64,000 bases of DNA from assembly GCA_964390555.1 (NCBI GenBank), contig CAYMJU010000032.1, forward strand, positions 30,563-94,562, read 5' to 3'. Position 1 is the stretch's first letter. Every line of letters begins with the position of its first letter. Both the position numbers and the translations under genes were made by a program. This document shows, piece by piece, positions 28,500-38,338 of the stretch. The DNA comes from an uncultured Acidimicrobiales bacterium. Lineage in GTDB: Bacteria > Actinomycetota > Acidimicrobiia > Acidimicrobiales > SHLQ01. The notes beneath the pieces were generated by a model. The model did no database searches. It had not been told where the DNA came from and saw nothing but the letters and a program-made list of their open reading frames with translations.

Positions 28500-29756
28500 T
28501 CAACCTGGGGAAATGATCTCGAAGTGCATGGGGTCGGGTACGAGCCACACACCGCCCCAGCCGAAGCCGTGCTCGACGAACGCGTCGACGAGTCGAGGGT
28601 CCTTGTTGGAGAAGGTTCCGGCCGGGTTCTCGGCCACGTTCAAGTCGACCGCGATGCCCCACGAATGGCGAGACAACGCGAGCCCGGGACCGATGCGCCG
28701 GGCCGCGTGGCACCCGGCGTAGCCGTCGGGGTCGACCAGATGACCGAGACCGCGGCTCTGGAGCTCAGCCAACACGCCCGCGATCTGATCGACGGCGTCG
28801 ATGTGGCAGCGCGTGGTACCCACGAGCGGCAGATCGACGGTCACGATGTGGGCCGCGACCCACCCGGGATCGATCTCCACGTCACGCCCGGCGAGCGGGC
28901 GGAAGGCGAACTCCCCGAACCGCTCCTTCACCAGCACCAACGGCAGCACCGCGTCGCCGTGACGGAGGAACGGGCTCTCGCCTTGCGCCCGCACCCGGAT
29001 CGGCATCGGGGACGGGAGGGACTCGGTCAGCGCCGCTTCGACCACCAGGCGCGGTTCCTCGGACGTGACGAGCACGAATCGGTCGGTCACGACCCCGATG
29101 GCCGCGCCCGTGGCGTGCGACACGAGCACCTCGGCCCCGGAGCCGGCGACATCGTCGACGATGCCCGTCACCACGAGGTGGTGCCCACCGACGAGCTCCA
29201 GGCGGCCGCCGATACCGACCCCGCGGAGCCGGGCCGACGTCTGCGTCAGCACCGCGCTGTCGTCGCTCCCGATCGTGTCGCCGAACGACGCTTCGAGACC
29301 CACGAGCGCCGCATAGCTGGCGGGATCCACCGCGAGGGTGTCGAGCGGAACCCGCCAGCCGTCATCCCATCGTTCGACGAGTTCGCCGTCGGAGCCGTGG
29401 ACCGCGACGAGTCCGAGTTCCTCCCCGCGGACCACGGTCGACGCCTCGATCTCGGACCGCCCGACCACCGCTTCGCCGTAGGCGGCGGGAAGCCCACCGG
29501 AGGTCCAGGCGAGGAACATCGGCGGCCGCACGGGCACGACCTCGCCGGTCGAATCGATCGCGCTCGTCGGTCCGGCCGACGGGGCGGTGAGCGCCGGGGT
29601 GACGGCCAGGGTGACCGGGGGAGGTGCGGGCACCGCAACGGTTGCCGCGTCGGAACCCGAGGTCGCGAACGCGACCGCGAAACCGGCCACGACGCCGGCC
29701 GCGGCGACGAGGGCGAGGCCGACACCGATGCCCAGGCGTCCGACGACACGACTCAC
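28500..29756 (-). CDS. membrane-anchored M15 (VanY / D-Ala-D-Ala carboxypeptidase-like) peptidase
   Basis: The C-terminal SRHSWGIAVDLN...FVEHGFGWGGVWLVPDPMHFE is the M15B zinc-peptidase signature. There is an N-terminal TM helix. GTG 29756 overlaps the anti-sigma stop (GTGA). Confidence 0.75.
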   Translation of the reverse strand: MSRVVGRLGIGVGLALVAAAGVVAGFAVAFATSGSDAATVAVPAPPPVTLAVTPALTAPSAGPTSAIDSTGEVVPVRPPMFLAWTSGGLPAAYGEAVVGRSEIEASTVVRGEELGLVAVHGSDGELVERWDDGWRVPLDTLAVDPASYAALVGLEASFGDTIGSDDSAVLTQTSARLRGVGIGGRLELVGGHHLVVTGIVDDVAGSGAEVLVSHATGAAIGVVTDRFVLVTSEEPRLVVEAALTESLPSPMPIRVRAQGESPFLRHGDAVLPLVLVKERFGEFAFRPLAGRDVEIDPGWVAAHIVTVDLPLVGTTRCHIDAVDQIAGVLAELQSRGLGHLVDPDGYAGCHAARRIGPGLALSRHSWGIAVDLNVAENPAGTFSNKDPRLVDAFVEHGFGWGGVWLVPDPMHFEIISPG

Positions 29757-31594
29757 CGGTGAAGCCCTCCGGCCACCGCTACCAACTCGGCCAGACCGAG
29801 CCCGTCGGAGCGCACGCTGACCACCCAGCCTCGCTCGACCCACTCGAGGTGGCCGCGATCAGGATCCCAACGGCCGGCCACACCCCTGACGACCACGCCG
29901 ACGACATCGGGCGAAGTGGGCGGGTCGAGCGTCGACCCGGGAAGCTGCACGATCGTGAAGCCGCTCTGCCCCGGGCCGGGCACCAGCACGGTGACCACGC
30001 CGTCATCGACACGCTCGGAGAGAGCCCGATCGCTCGTGAGGGCCCCTTCAGGCAACGACTCGGTTGACGGCGCCTGGAGCCAGCCGCTCGGCAAGGCAGT
30101 CCCGACGACACCGAGCGACGACGCGACCCGGATCAGCGCCGCCGAGCCGATCGACCCCGACACCTCGACGTCGACGGTCCGCCCCCCGCTCGCGGCGTGA
30201 AGACCGACTCGCATGCCCGAAGGATCGAGATACAGGCGACCGCCGCCCGGGACATCGACGGGTCGGGCGAGAGGGTCGATCTCGCCGAACATCCTCGGTT
30301 CCTCCCACTCGCCGGTAGCCCTCACGACGAGCCACGCCCGCCCGTCGGTGTAGGAGCGCAGACCGACCGCGACGCCATCGACGACCCGGCCCGATCGGTA
30401 CGGCTCGAACCCGTCGGGCAGCCAGGCCGGCTCGGGCGCCGGATCGGCCGGCGCCGACGGGTCGAAGCCTTCGGACCGCTCCGCAACTGGCGCCGCTGAC
30501 GGCGGCTCGGGTGTCGGGGCACCGGGCGCCCGAGGGCTGAACGTGGCCTCGATCAGCACCGAGCCGGGCTCGTCCGCATAACCGTGGCGGCGGGCCCAGA
30601 GATCCCGATCGACGCCGTCGGCTGCCGTCACCGTCAGCCCCCGCAGCGTCATGGTCGCGGCATCGAGGTGGACCGTCGCCCGGTCGGTCGGATGGATCGC
30701 GCGCCAGTCTCCGACCGAGAGGAGCCCACCGACGAGCGACTCGAACCGAGCCACCGTCGAGGAGACGATCACCGTGCCCCCGGTGCGGTCGATCGACATC
30801 GACGTGTCGGCCGAGACGCCCGGCGATACGAACGTGCCGGTGGGTACCACCAGATCGAGAGGGAGCGCGACACCGAGCGGTGCCCCGTCGACGGTCGCCC
30901 CGGCCGACGAGAACGGCACCCGGTCCACGACATGACGGACGAGTGGTTCCTCGACTATGCACCCGGGTCGGAGCTGGATCGGGCACCCAAGCCGAGCCAC
31001 GGTCCAAGCCTCGGACTCGTCCACGACGACCAGCACGTCGTTGCGAGGCCACCGCCCGGCGGGATGGTCGGTCGTGTCATCGAGTTCCAGGGTGAGGCGA
31101 TCGGGCGCGGAATACGTCAACCGGCCCCTGAACGTGCGGATCGGGATGGCCGGGTCCCAACCCCGCTCGCTGATCTCCACGTCGACGTCGAGACGTTCCA
31201 CCGCCACTTGGGCGGCGAGCACGTCGTCGGCCAGGTCGGCCACGGCGGTCGACACGCCGCGGTCGAACACGCCCCCGATCGTCGCGCCGGCGAGGCATCC
31301 GGCCAGGAACACAGCAGCCGCGGCTACGGCCAACCGGTTGCGGTGGCGCGGTGCCGATCGTCGGGCCGCTTCGGCGTCGAGCTCCGCGAGGATCCCGGCG
31401 ACGAGATCCGGCGGAGCGACCGCAATCTGGATCCGCGCCGCGGCCCGCAGTTCGAGAGCTTGCCGTCGAAACGCCTCGGCGCCCGGTGGGAGCGGATCGG
31501 GAAGCGCCACGGGTTCCTCGCCGTCGAGCGCCGCCGACACGCGGACCAACAGGAGATCGTGGTCAGACATGGCTCGCCTCATCCCGCTCGTCAC
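29753..31594 (-). CDS. putative anti-sigma factor with large extracytoplasmic domain
   Basis: Lies directly downstream of the ECF sigma gene and overlaps it (GTGA). It has a short cytoplasmic N-terminus, one TM helix (LAVAAAAVFLAGCLAGATIGGVF) and an extracytoplasmic region of about 500 aa. An alternative ATG start at 31570 has a GAGG SD. Confidence 0.65.
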   Translation of the reverse strand: MTSGMRRAMSDHDLLLVRVSAALDGEEPVALPDPLPPGAEAFRRQALELRAAARIQIAVAPPDLVAGILAELDAEAARRSAPRHRNRLAVAAAAVFLAGCLAGATIGGVFDRGVSTAVADLADDVLAAQVAVERLDVDVEISERGWDPAIPIRTFRGRLTYSAPDRLTLELDDTTDHPAGRWPRNDVLVVVDESEAWTVARLGCPIQLRPGCIVEEPLVRHVVDRVPFSSAGATVDGAPLGVALPLDLVVPTGTFVSPGVSADTSMSIDRTGGTVIVSSTVARFESLVGGLLSVGDWRAIHPTDRATVHLDAATMTLRGLTVTAADGVDRDLWARRHGYADEPGSVLIEATFSPRAPGAPTPEPPSAAPVAERSEGFDPSAPADPAPEPAWLPDGFEPYRSGRVVDGVAVGLRSYTDGRAWLVVRATGEWEEPRMFGEIDPLARPVDVPGGGRLYLDPSGMRVGLHAASGGRTVDVEVSGSIGSAALIRVASSLGVVGTALPSGWLQAPSTESLPEGALTSDRALSERVDDGVVTVLVPGPGQSGFTIVQLPGSTLDPPTSPDVVGVVVRGVAGRWDPDRGHLEWVERGWVVSVRSDGLGLAELVAVAGGLHR

Positions 31595-32163
31595 CCACGG
31601 CCCACCTCGCCCGGCTTGGAGGTGTCGTCCTGGCCGGCATCGAACCAGGCGACGAGGTCCCGACGCGCATGGAACACCCGGCTCTTCACCGTCCCTTCGG
31701 GAACGTTCAGGATCGACGCGACCTCGCGGTAGGTCATGCCGAGCACCTCGACGAGAACGAACGGCTCGCGCAGCCGCGGCGACAGCGAGTCGAGCGCCGC
31801 CTGCAACTCGTGACGCTGCTCGGCGATCGAAGGCGCCCGGCCCTCATCGGCGCGAAGCGCTCGCACGCGGAGGTGGCGGTCGCGCTGATCCCGCCGTCGT
31901 TGCGCCCGCATGTCGTCGATGGCCAAGTTGCGAGCGATGCGCAACAACCACGACGAGAACCGGGACTCGAACCGGTACCCCGGCAACCCGCGATAGGCGC
32001 GAACGAACGTGTCCTGAGCGAGCTCGGCGGCCCGCTCCGGGTCACCGACGAGATGGCACAGGAACCGCCACACGTCGGTCTGGCAGTGCCGGACCAACTC
32101 GGCGAAGGCGTCGCGGTCGCCCGTCGCGGCAGCCTGCACGACGACCGGGTCGGGCTCGTCCAT
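31591..32163 (-). CDS. ECF-type RNA polymerase sigma-70 family factor
   Basis: Region 2 is FAELVRHCQTDVWRFLCHLVGD...AQDTFVRAY and SWLLRIARNLAIDD. Region 4 is REPFVLVEVLGMTYREVASILNVPEGTVKSRVFHARR. ATG 32163 is preceded by GGAGGGGAG; the track start at 32196 is also possible. Confidence 0.9.
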   Translation of the reverse strand: MDEPDPVVVQAAATGDRDAFAELVRHCQTDVWRFLCHLVGDPERAAELAQDTFVRAYRGLPGYRFESRFSSWLLRIARNLAIDDMRAQRRRDQRDRHLRVRALRADEGRAPSIAEQRHELQAALDSLSPRLREPFVLVEVLGMTYREVASILNVPEGTVKSRVFHARRDLVAWFDAGQDDTSKPGEVGRG

Positions 32164-32233
32164 CCGTCGCTCCCCTCCGCGGACAGCCTGCCCCATCGAT
32201 CGCCAGCTGTCAGGCCGCCGTCACGGGGTCGGC

Positions 32234-33655
32234 TCAACAGGCGCATTTGAGAACTGAGCCCCACGTCAACAGAAAGCCCGGTGGTCCGGCGAAGGTGACG
32301 CCGCCCCCGTCGCCGGGCAGCGAGAACGTCGCCAGTGCGAGCTGCCGAGCCGGGTCCCAGATCACCACCTGCCCGTTCAATGCCACGCGGAGCTGCGAAC
32401 CGTCGGCGGTCACGTCGAGGTCGGTGATCGAACCGGCGGACGGATCCGCGGGGCTGATCGTCATGAGCGGCGTGGTCAAGTCGGGCGAGTAGCTCGTGAC
32501 CCAGTAGGAGTCGCCGACGTACAGCACCCCGTCGTTGGTGACCGCAGCATGCACTTGCGGCGGGGTGTACCCCGGTCCGGGGACCGGCATCGACGCGACC
32601 CAGGTGTTCGACCGCACGGTCAGCGCTTCGAGGTCGACGATGGCCACGTGTTGGGTAGACGGGTCGACGACGTACAGCGACCGGCCGTCGGGCGTGATCG
32701 TGAGGCTCACCGACTCCGGCGCCCCGGTCCCGATCGGTACGGGGAGGAACACGCAGAACGACCAGTCCTCGGTGAGGCTCAACACGTGCACGAACGCCCA
32801 GCGCTCACCGCCGCCGGTCTCGGCACCGGCCGGGTCGAGCACCGGTGCATCACCTCTCGGGATCGTGTAGAGGGTGTACAGGAACTGATGGTCGGGCGCG
32901 AGGACCTGGGCTCGGGCCCGGCCCCGCATCTCGGGACCGAGCTCGACCTCGGGGCTGAACACGTCGGCCACCGTGCCGCTGGCCAGATCGAGACGGCGCA
33001 CGAAGTAGCGGTCCGGGTCGAGCGGAGGCCAGAACTCGAGCAGGTACAGAGTCTGCTCGTCGAGCGTGAAGGTCTCGGGCTCGAAGTTCCCTTCGAGCTC
33101 ATAGGTCGCCGGCTCGGGCCGGTCGCGCCAATACACGGTGAGCGACGTGGTCGCCCGCGACTCCGGTTCGTACAGTCCCGACGCCTGCCGCGGCGCCATG
33201 AGCACGGCGGCGTCGCCGTCCGGTGACACGTTCCTGATCTCGAGATCGCCGGGCAGCGTGGCCGTCACCTCGGCCGCCCCGGTGGCGGGGTCGACCTGGG
33301 ACAGTTCCGTGGCGACGCCGTCGGACTCCGCTTGGTACAACGTCGAACCATCCGCGGACACCGCGCCGCCCTCGACGGTAAAGGTCGACACGCCCGAGAC
33401 CGGGTCGAGGGCCGAGACGGATCCCTCGGCATCGCTCACCAGCACGAGGGGTGACGGACCGTCGTCGTCGACGAGTGAGGCAATCGTCGCGCCCGCCACC
33501 GCCAGCGCGGCGACCAGCGCGACAACTACAAGCCCGGCTCGGGGCTCGGTCCGGCGCGGCTGATCCCGGTCGCCGGTCGACACCAGTCGACCCAGATCAG
33601 TTGCCTTGTCGAAGGCGACCTCGATGTCTTCGGGAGGGTTCAGGAGTGCCGTCAT
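32234..33655 (-). CDS. membrane-anchored/secreted beta-propeller repeat protein
   Basis: ATG 33655 gives a short N-terminus followed by a TM helix (GLVVVALVAALAVAGATIASLV). The rest contains repeated ..DG..LYV.D.. and V.VDL strand-like blocks, as in YVTN/PQQ-type propellers. It is the first gene of the sigma/anti-sigma operon. Confidence 0.55.
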   Translation of the reverse strand: MTALLNPPEDIEVAFDKATDLGRLVSTGDRDQPRRTEPRAGLVVVALVAALAVAGATIASLVDDDGPSPLVLVSDAEGSVSALDPVSGVSTFTVEGGAVSADGSTLYQAESDGVATELSQVDPATGAAEVTATLPGDLEIRNVSPDGDAAVLMAPRQASGLYEPESRATTSLTVYWRDRPEPATYELEGNFEPETFTLDEQTLYLLEFWPPLDPDRYFVRRLDLASGTVADVFSPEVELGPEMRGRARAQVLAPDHQFLYTLYTIPRGDAPVLDPAGAETGGGERWAFVHVLSLTEDWSFCVFLPVPIGTGAPESVSLTITPDGRSLYVVDPSTQHVAIVDLEALTVRSNTWVASMPVPGPGYTPPQVHAAVTNDGVLYVGDSYWVTSYSPDLTTPLMTISPADPSAGSITDLDVTADGSQLRVALNGQVVIWDPARQLALATFSLPGDGGGVTFAGPPGFLLTWGSVLKCAC

Positions 33656-33708
33656 GTCCAACCAGACGATCGAACCATCCCGATGGTTCTCGCCTAACGT
33701 TCGCGGCA

Positions 33709-34554
33709 ATGTCGCCGTCTCTTCCCGGGCCGCTCGTCGATGGTCCATGGTTGGTCGACCATCTCGACGACGTCGCGGCCCGACGGCTGGTCGTCGTCGA
33801 CTCCCGCTGGTACCTCGACGGTCGCAGCGGACGGGCGGCGTACGGGGAAGGACACCTACCTGGTGCCCGATGGGTCGACCTCGATACCGAACTCGCCGCA
33901 CCTTCGGGGCCCGTCGTCGGCCGTCATCCCCTGCCTGAGCCTGCGGTGTTCGCGGGCGCCATGCGCCGCGTGGGTGTCGACGCGGGAACGCCGGTCGTCG
34001 TCTACGACGACCAGCACGGGGCGGTCGCCGCGCGGTTGTGGTGGATGCTCGACGCGCTCGGTCACCCCGCGGCGGTGCTCGACGGCGGCATGGCCGCGTG
34101 GCCGGGCCTTCTGACGACTGACCTGCCGGCCGTCGTCACCGGCGACTTCGAGGAACGATCGTGGCCCACCGATCGGCTGGCGACGGCCGACGAGCTGATG
34201 ACCGGCTCGGCGACGGTCATCGACGCCAGAGCACGCGCCCGCTACACGGGCGAGGACACATCGATCGATGCTCGGGCCGGACACGTGCCGGGCGCGCGGA
34301 ACGTGCCGTGGGCCGAACTGGTCGACCCCGGGATCGGGACGATGCGCGGCTCCGCCGAGCTCGCGGAGGTGTTCGAAGCCGTCGGCGTCACCGCTGGCAC
34401 CCCGGTGATCGCCTACTGCGGGTCGGGAGTCACCGCATGTTTCGACCTGCTGGCGCTTCGCTCCCTCGGGGTGACCGATGCCCGCCTGTACCCGGCGAGC
34501 TGGTCCGGATGGGCAACCGACCCCACCCGCCCCGCCGCGCTCGGCGACACCTGA
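33709..34554 (+). CDS. sseA: tandem-rhodanese sulfurtransferase (3-mercaptopyruvate/thiosulfate sulfurtransferase)
   Basis: Has two rhodanese domains, with GHLPGARWVD and GHVPGARNVP. The active-site loop YCGSGVTAC is the MST-type CGSGVTA. Confidence 0.85.
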   Translation: MSPSLPGPLVDGPWLVDHLDDVAARRLVVVDSRWYLDGRSGRAAYGEGHLPGARWVDLDTELAAPSGPVVGRHPLPEPAVFAGAMRRVGVDAGTPVVVYDDQHGAVAARLWWMLDALGHPAAVLDGGMAAWPGLLTTDLPAVVTGDFEERSWPTDRLATADELMTGSATVIDARARARYTGEDTSIDARAGHVPGARNVPWAELVDPGIGTMRGSAELAEVFEAVGVTAGTPVIAYCGSGVTACFDLLALRSLGVTDARLYPASWSGWATDPTRPAALGDT

Positions 34555-34611
34555 ACGCATTCGTCGCAGTTACCCGGGGGCGAGACCAGAGCTACCGCGA
34601 GACCGCCAGAG

Positions 34612-36969
34612 TCACAGCGCGAACCAACCGACGAGGTCGGTGACGAGGTGAACGTTGCCGGTGTTGTTGTAGAGCGACACCTTGCCGTCGGCGCCGACTT
34701 TGGCGATCACCAGGTTGGGTACGTCCTGGCCGACCTGGGTGTTGAGGCTCGAGGCATTCGGCCGGCCCTCCCCGGTCGGCCACACGGTTACGAACGAGCG
34801 GGCGGTGGCCTGCGTCGACGTGACGTTGAGGGCGACGGCCGCGACCCCCGACGCCGGCGCACCACCGACGCCGACGACCTGGAGGTCGAACGAACGGCCC
34901 GCGCCGAGGGGGATACCGAACCCCTCGCGGGTGTCGAACAGTCGAGCGGGCGTGAGGGGCGTGTAGCCCGAGCCGTTGGCGAAGTACCCGACGACGTCGG
35001 CCACCAGGTGAACACTGCCCGAGGCGTTGAACAGCGACACCTTGCCGCCGGTACCGACCTTGGCTATGACCAGGTTCGGGACGTCTTCACCGACCTGGGT
35101 GTTGAGGCTCGACGCCGTCGGTCGGCTCTCTCCGGTCGGCCACACGGTCACGTAGGAGCGATTGGACGCCTCGGTCGAGGTCACGTTCAAGACCACGGCA
35201 CCGACGCCCGAGCCGGGCACGCCGCCGACGCCGAGCACGCCCAGGTCGACCTGGCCGCCGGGACCGAGCGCAGCGGGCGCCGGGAGACCGGTTCCGTCGC
35301 GGGTATCGAGCACGCGAGCCGGGGTCAGCGGCGTACAGCCCTGACCGGTCGGGAACCAGCCCACGGCGTCCGCGATGAGGTGGACCGATCCGGCGTTGTT
35401 GAACATCGACACCTTGCCGTTGGCGCCGACCTTGGCGATCACCAGGTTCGGCACGTCCTCGCCGACCTGGGTGTTCAGGCTCGACGCCCGTGGCCGCTCC
35501 TCGCCGGTCGGCCAGACCGTCACGAACGACGGGTGCGTCGCCTGGGTCGACGTCACGTTGAGCACGACAGCACCGACCCCCGATGCCGGGGTCCCGGCGA
35601 TGCCGAGCACGGTGACGTCGATCGACGACTGTCCGGCCAGCGGACCGACAGGAGCCCCGGTGCCGTCACGAGTGTCGAGCACCCGGTTCGGTGACAGCGG
35701 CGCGTAGCCCCCGGTGTAGGCGAGCACGGGCGGGACGTTGCCACCACCGCTCGCGGCCTGGAAGAGGTCGAGCTTGGTGTGCGTCGCGCCGAGGATCGCC
35801 GAGTCGTCACCACCGAGCCACGTGCCGAGCAACGTTGCGTACACGGATCGGAAGTCGACGTGGTGCTCGAGATCGCCTCGTTGGTCGAGAGCGCTGACCG
35901 ACGGGTAGAGGCCGTGATGGCCTCCCCGCACCTGAGACCCGACGACGAGCAACGTGTTCGCGGTGCCGTGGTCGGTGCCGCCGCCATCATTGGCCTCGAC
36001 CCGGCGACCGAACTCGCTGAAGACGAACAGCGTCACTCGATCACGGAACTGCGGCGACAGGCTGTTGAAGAACAGTTCGATGGATTGGTCGAGCTCGGTC
36101 AGCAGATCGCGGTGGGTACCGTCCTGGGCGTCGTGGGTGTCGTACCCGCCCTGTTCGACGCCGAGGACACGGACGCCGATGTCGGTGTTGATGAGCTGAG
36201 CACAGATCTGGAGGTTCCGCGGCAGGTGCCCATCGGTGAGGTTCTGGAAAGCGGGTTGCACCTGGGCCGCGACCGCGGTCGCGACACCGGTGGTCGACGC
36301 CACCCGGTTGGCCCATTGCCCCTTCCCGAAATCGTCCTGGCCCATGGCCTCGATGGTGGCGTAGAGACCCTGCTCCCACGGCTCGTCGCGGTCGGCGCCG
36401 AGCAACGATCCCGACGACGGCAGGGCGATCGCGGTCGTCTGGGCTCCCTTGAGGTACAGCGGCACGCTTCCCCACGACACGTGAACTCCGGCCAGGTCGT
36501 CCATGGCGAGGGCATCGAGGTAGCGGCCGAGCCACCCGGTCGTCGGTGGCAAGTTGCCCGGTCGCCCGCCCATCCACCGGGCCGCGGACGTGAAGTGGCT
36601 GTGGTCGTCGAGAGGGTCACCGACCCCGTGGACCAACGCCACGTCGCCGGCGTTGAACCGGCTGTGGAGGAGCGGCAGGTTCGGGTGCAGGTACAGCCCG
36701 CCGCCGACTGGCCTCCCCGTCGCCGGGCTCACGGCGAGGGGTCCCCGCAAGCTTTGGTAGACGCCGTTCTCGGCTGGGGCCACCGTGTTCAGACCGTCGT
36801 TGCCGCCCGACAGGAAGACGTTGACGAGGATCCGCTCGGTCGGACCGAGTGGCGGGCCGGCGAGGGCGTGGCCGCGAAACCAGCCCGGGTCGACGAGCGC
36901 GGCGCCGCCGAGGGCTATGGCGCCCTGCAGGAACGAGCGGCGGGCGAAGGCGGAAGGTAAGTGGGCCAT
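34612..36969 (-). CDS. Tat-exported DUF1501 (sulfatase-fold) protein fused to three C-terminal ~120-aa repeats
   Basis: MAHLPSAFARRSFLQGAIALGGAAL is a twin-arginine signal. The DUF1501 core has GGNDGLN, GGYDTH, FSEFGRR and GTDHGT. It is followed by 3 repeats of YTPLTPARVLDTRDG...VLNVTSTQA...FVTVWPTGE.RP.ASSLNTQVG.DVPNLVIAKVG..GKVS..N..G.VHL..D.VG.F. The SD GAGAGGA precedes ATG 36969. Confidence 0.85.
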   Translation of the reverse strand: MAHLPSAFARRSFLQGAIALGGAALVDPGWFRGHALAGPPLGPTERILVNVFLSGGNDGLNTVAPAENGVYQSLRGPLAVSPATGRPVGGGLYLHPNLPLLHSRFNAGDVALVHGVGDPLDDHSHFTSAARWMGGRPGNLPPTTGWLGRYLDALAMDDLAGVHVSWGSVPLYLKGAQTTAIALPSSGSLLGADRDEPWEQGLYATIEAMGQDDFGKGQWANRVASTTGVATAVAAQVQPAFQNLTDGHLPRNLQICAQLINTDIGVRVLGVEQGGYDTHDAQDGTHRDLLTELDQSIELFFNSLSPQFRDRVTLFVFSEFGRRVEANDGGGTDHGTANTLLVVGSQVRGGHHGLYPSVSALDQRGDLEHHVDFRSVYATLLGTWLGGDDSAILGATHTKLDLFQAASGGGNVPPVLAYTGGYAPLSPNRVLDTRDGTGAPVGPLAGQSSIDVTVLGIAGTPASGVGAVVLNVTSTQATHPSFVTVWPTGEERPRASSLNTQVGEDVPNLVIAKVGANGKVSMFNNAGSVHLIADAVGWFPTGQGCTPLTPARVLDTRDGTGLPAPAALGPGGQVDLGVLGVGGVPGSGVGAVVLNVTSTEASNRSYVTVWPTGESRPTASSLNTQVGEDVPNLVIAKVGTGGKVSLFNASGSVHLVADVVGYFANGSGYTPLTPARLFDTREGFGIPLGAGRSFDLQVVGVGGAPASGVAAVALNVTSTQATARSFVTVWPTGEGRPNASSLNTQVGQDVPNLVIAKVGADGKVSLYNNTGNVHLVTDLVGWFAL
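34615..35706 (-). repeat. three tandem ~360-bp coding repeats (C-terminal domain triplication)
   Basis: DNA-level similarity is visible by eye, for example GACCTGGGTGTTGAGGCTCGA at 34732-34752 and 35092-35112, and a one-mismatch copy (GACCTGGGTGTTCAGGCTCGA) at 35464-35484. CCGGTCGGCCACACGGT recurs at 34771-34787 and 35131-35147, with a diverged copy (CCGGTCGGCCAGACCGT) at 35503-35519. The period is about 360-370 bp. Confidence 0.85.
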
Positions 36970-36982
36970 GATCGTTGTCCTC

Positions 36983-38338
36983 TCACGCCACCTGGAAGTC
37001 GGGGGATAGCGCCCCGAGGACGACGCCATAGGGCTGGATGGACCACGAGTACTGCTGTCGAGACGTCAACCACCACGCCTCGAACCGTGTCCGGGTCGCG
37101 GCCGACGGCTCGTTGACGCCGAAGTCGTCGAACATCCGGTTGACGGCTGTGGTCGCGGACCCTTGTGTCGCGGTGCCGGCCGAGAGTCCGTCGAAAAATC
37201 CGTAGTCGTCTGCTCGCCACCCGAGGTGTCCGGCGAAGGCCCCGCGCGCCCACGAATTGGCGGTCGATATCCAAAAGCCGTTCTGCGGCCATCCGGCGAC
37301 GCTCGGCGGGTCGAAGGGAGCCATCCCCATCTCCGAGAGCTGGTAGTGGACGTGCTCCGACGACGCGATACGGGTCCGCCGGAGGGCGCTGACCACGAAC
37401 TCGATCGGGTTCTTCACCAGCTGGTACCGGCTGGCGGCATCCCAGAACTCGTCGCGCATCAGCACCGCCTCGACGAGGACACCGATGTCCCAGTTGGCGG
37501 CGATGAACGAGTCGGCGAGTTGGTTCACCGCGGCGTCACTCGGCGTGATGTGGATGAAGTACTTGAAGAGCTTGCGGGCGATGAACCGGGCAGTCAGCAG
37601 TCCCCGCGCACCGGTGCAGAGCTCGGTGATCGTGCTGTTGCCACCCGCCAGTCCGGTGCCGTCCCAGTTGCCGGTGATTCCGAAGAGGGTCTTCTGGCCG
37701 TGGTCGTGATCCTCGCTGTGGAATTCGAAGTCGATGTCGTAGAAGACCCCGTTCCAGCCGACCACGTTGTACCCGGTCCACGCCCGAGCCATCGCCACCA
37801 CGTCAGCCTCGGTGAAGTTGCCGACGCCGATGGTGTACAGCTCCATCAGTTCCCGGGCGAAGTTCTCCTGGATGCCGCTGGCCACGTTCGACTCGTTGTC
37901 GAGGGCGACGAGCATCGCCGAGCCGAGCGACACCTGGGTCAACAGGGTGGGGAAATGACCGAGGGCGTGAGTCCGGAAGAGATCGAACTGGTTCCGCATG
38001 GCGGGCCAGTCGCCGACCTTCTCGAACGAACATGCGAAGTGGCTGTGCCAGAAGAGGATCATCTTCTCGACGAGCGGCGCTGGCGTGGTGATCATGCGAT
38101 CGACCCACCATCTGGTCGTGTTCACCCAGTCGAGCCAGTCCCCTTCGACGCTCGGGGCTGGGTAGGCGACGGCGGGTGGAGCCTGTCCCATCACGTAGTC
38201 GACCGCTTGCTGGCGGCTCAGGGCTGTCAGATGGATGATGCGCCACGGGTCCGACGCTGCGGACTCTCCGGTGAGCAGGCGCCGCTCCCCGAATCCGGTA
38301 CGTCGAAGCAGGTGCGCCGCTTCCGCGGTGGTGACCAT
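36983..38338 (-). CDS. DUF1800 family protein
   Basis: The N-terminal MVTTAEAAHLLRRTGFG is the hallmark DUF1800 start. It sits immediately upstream of DUF1501, the usual DUF1800-DUF1501 gene pair. Confidence 0.85.
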   Translation of the reverse strand: MVTTAEAAHLLRRTGFGERRLLTGESAASDPWRIIHLTALSRQQAVDYVMGQAPPAVAYPAPSVEGDWLDWVNTTRWWVDRMITTPAPLVEKMILFWHSHFACSFEKVGDWPAMRNQFDLFRTHALGHFPTLLTQVSLGSAMLVALDNESNVASGIQENFARELMELYTIGVGNFTEADVVAMARAWTGYNVVGWNGVFYDIDFEFHSEDHDHGQKTLFGITGNWDGTGLAGGNSTITELCTGARGLLTARFIARKLFKYFIHITPSDAAVNQLADSFIAANWDIGVLVEAVLMRDEFWDAASRYQLVKNPIEFVVSALRRTRIASSEHVHYQLSEMGMAPFDPPSVAGWPQNGFWISTANSWARGAFAGHLGWRADDYGFFDGLSAGTATQGSATTAVNRMFDDFGVNEPSAATRTRFEAWWLTSRQQYSWSIQPYGVVLGALSPDFQVA

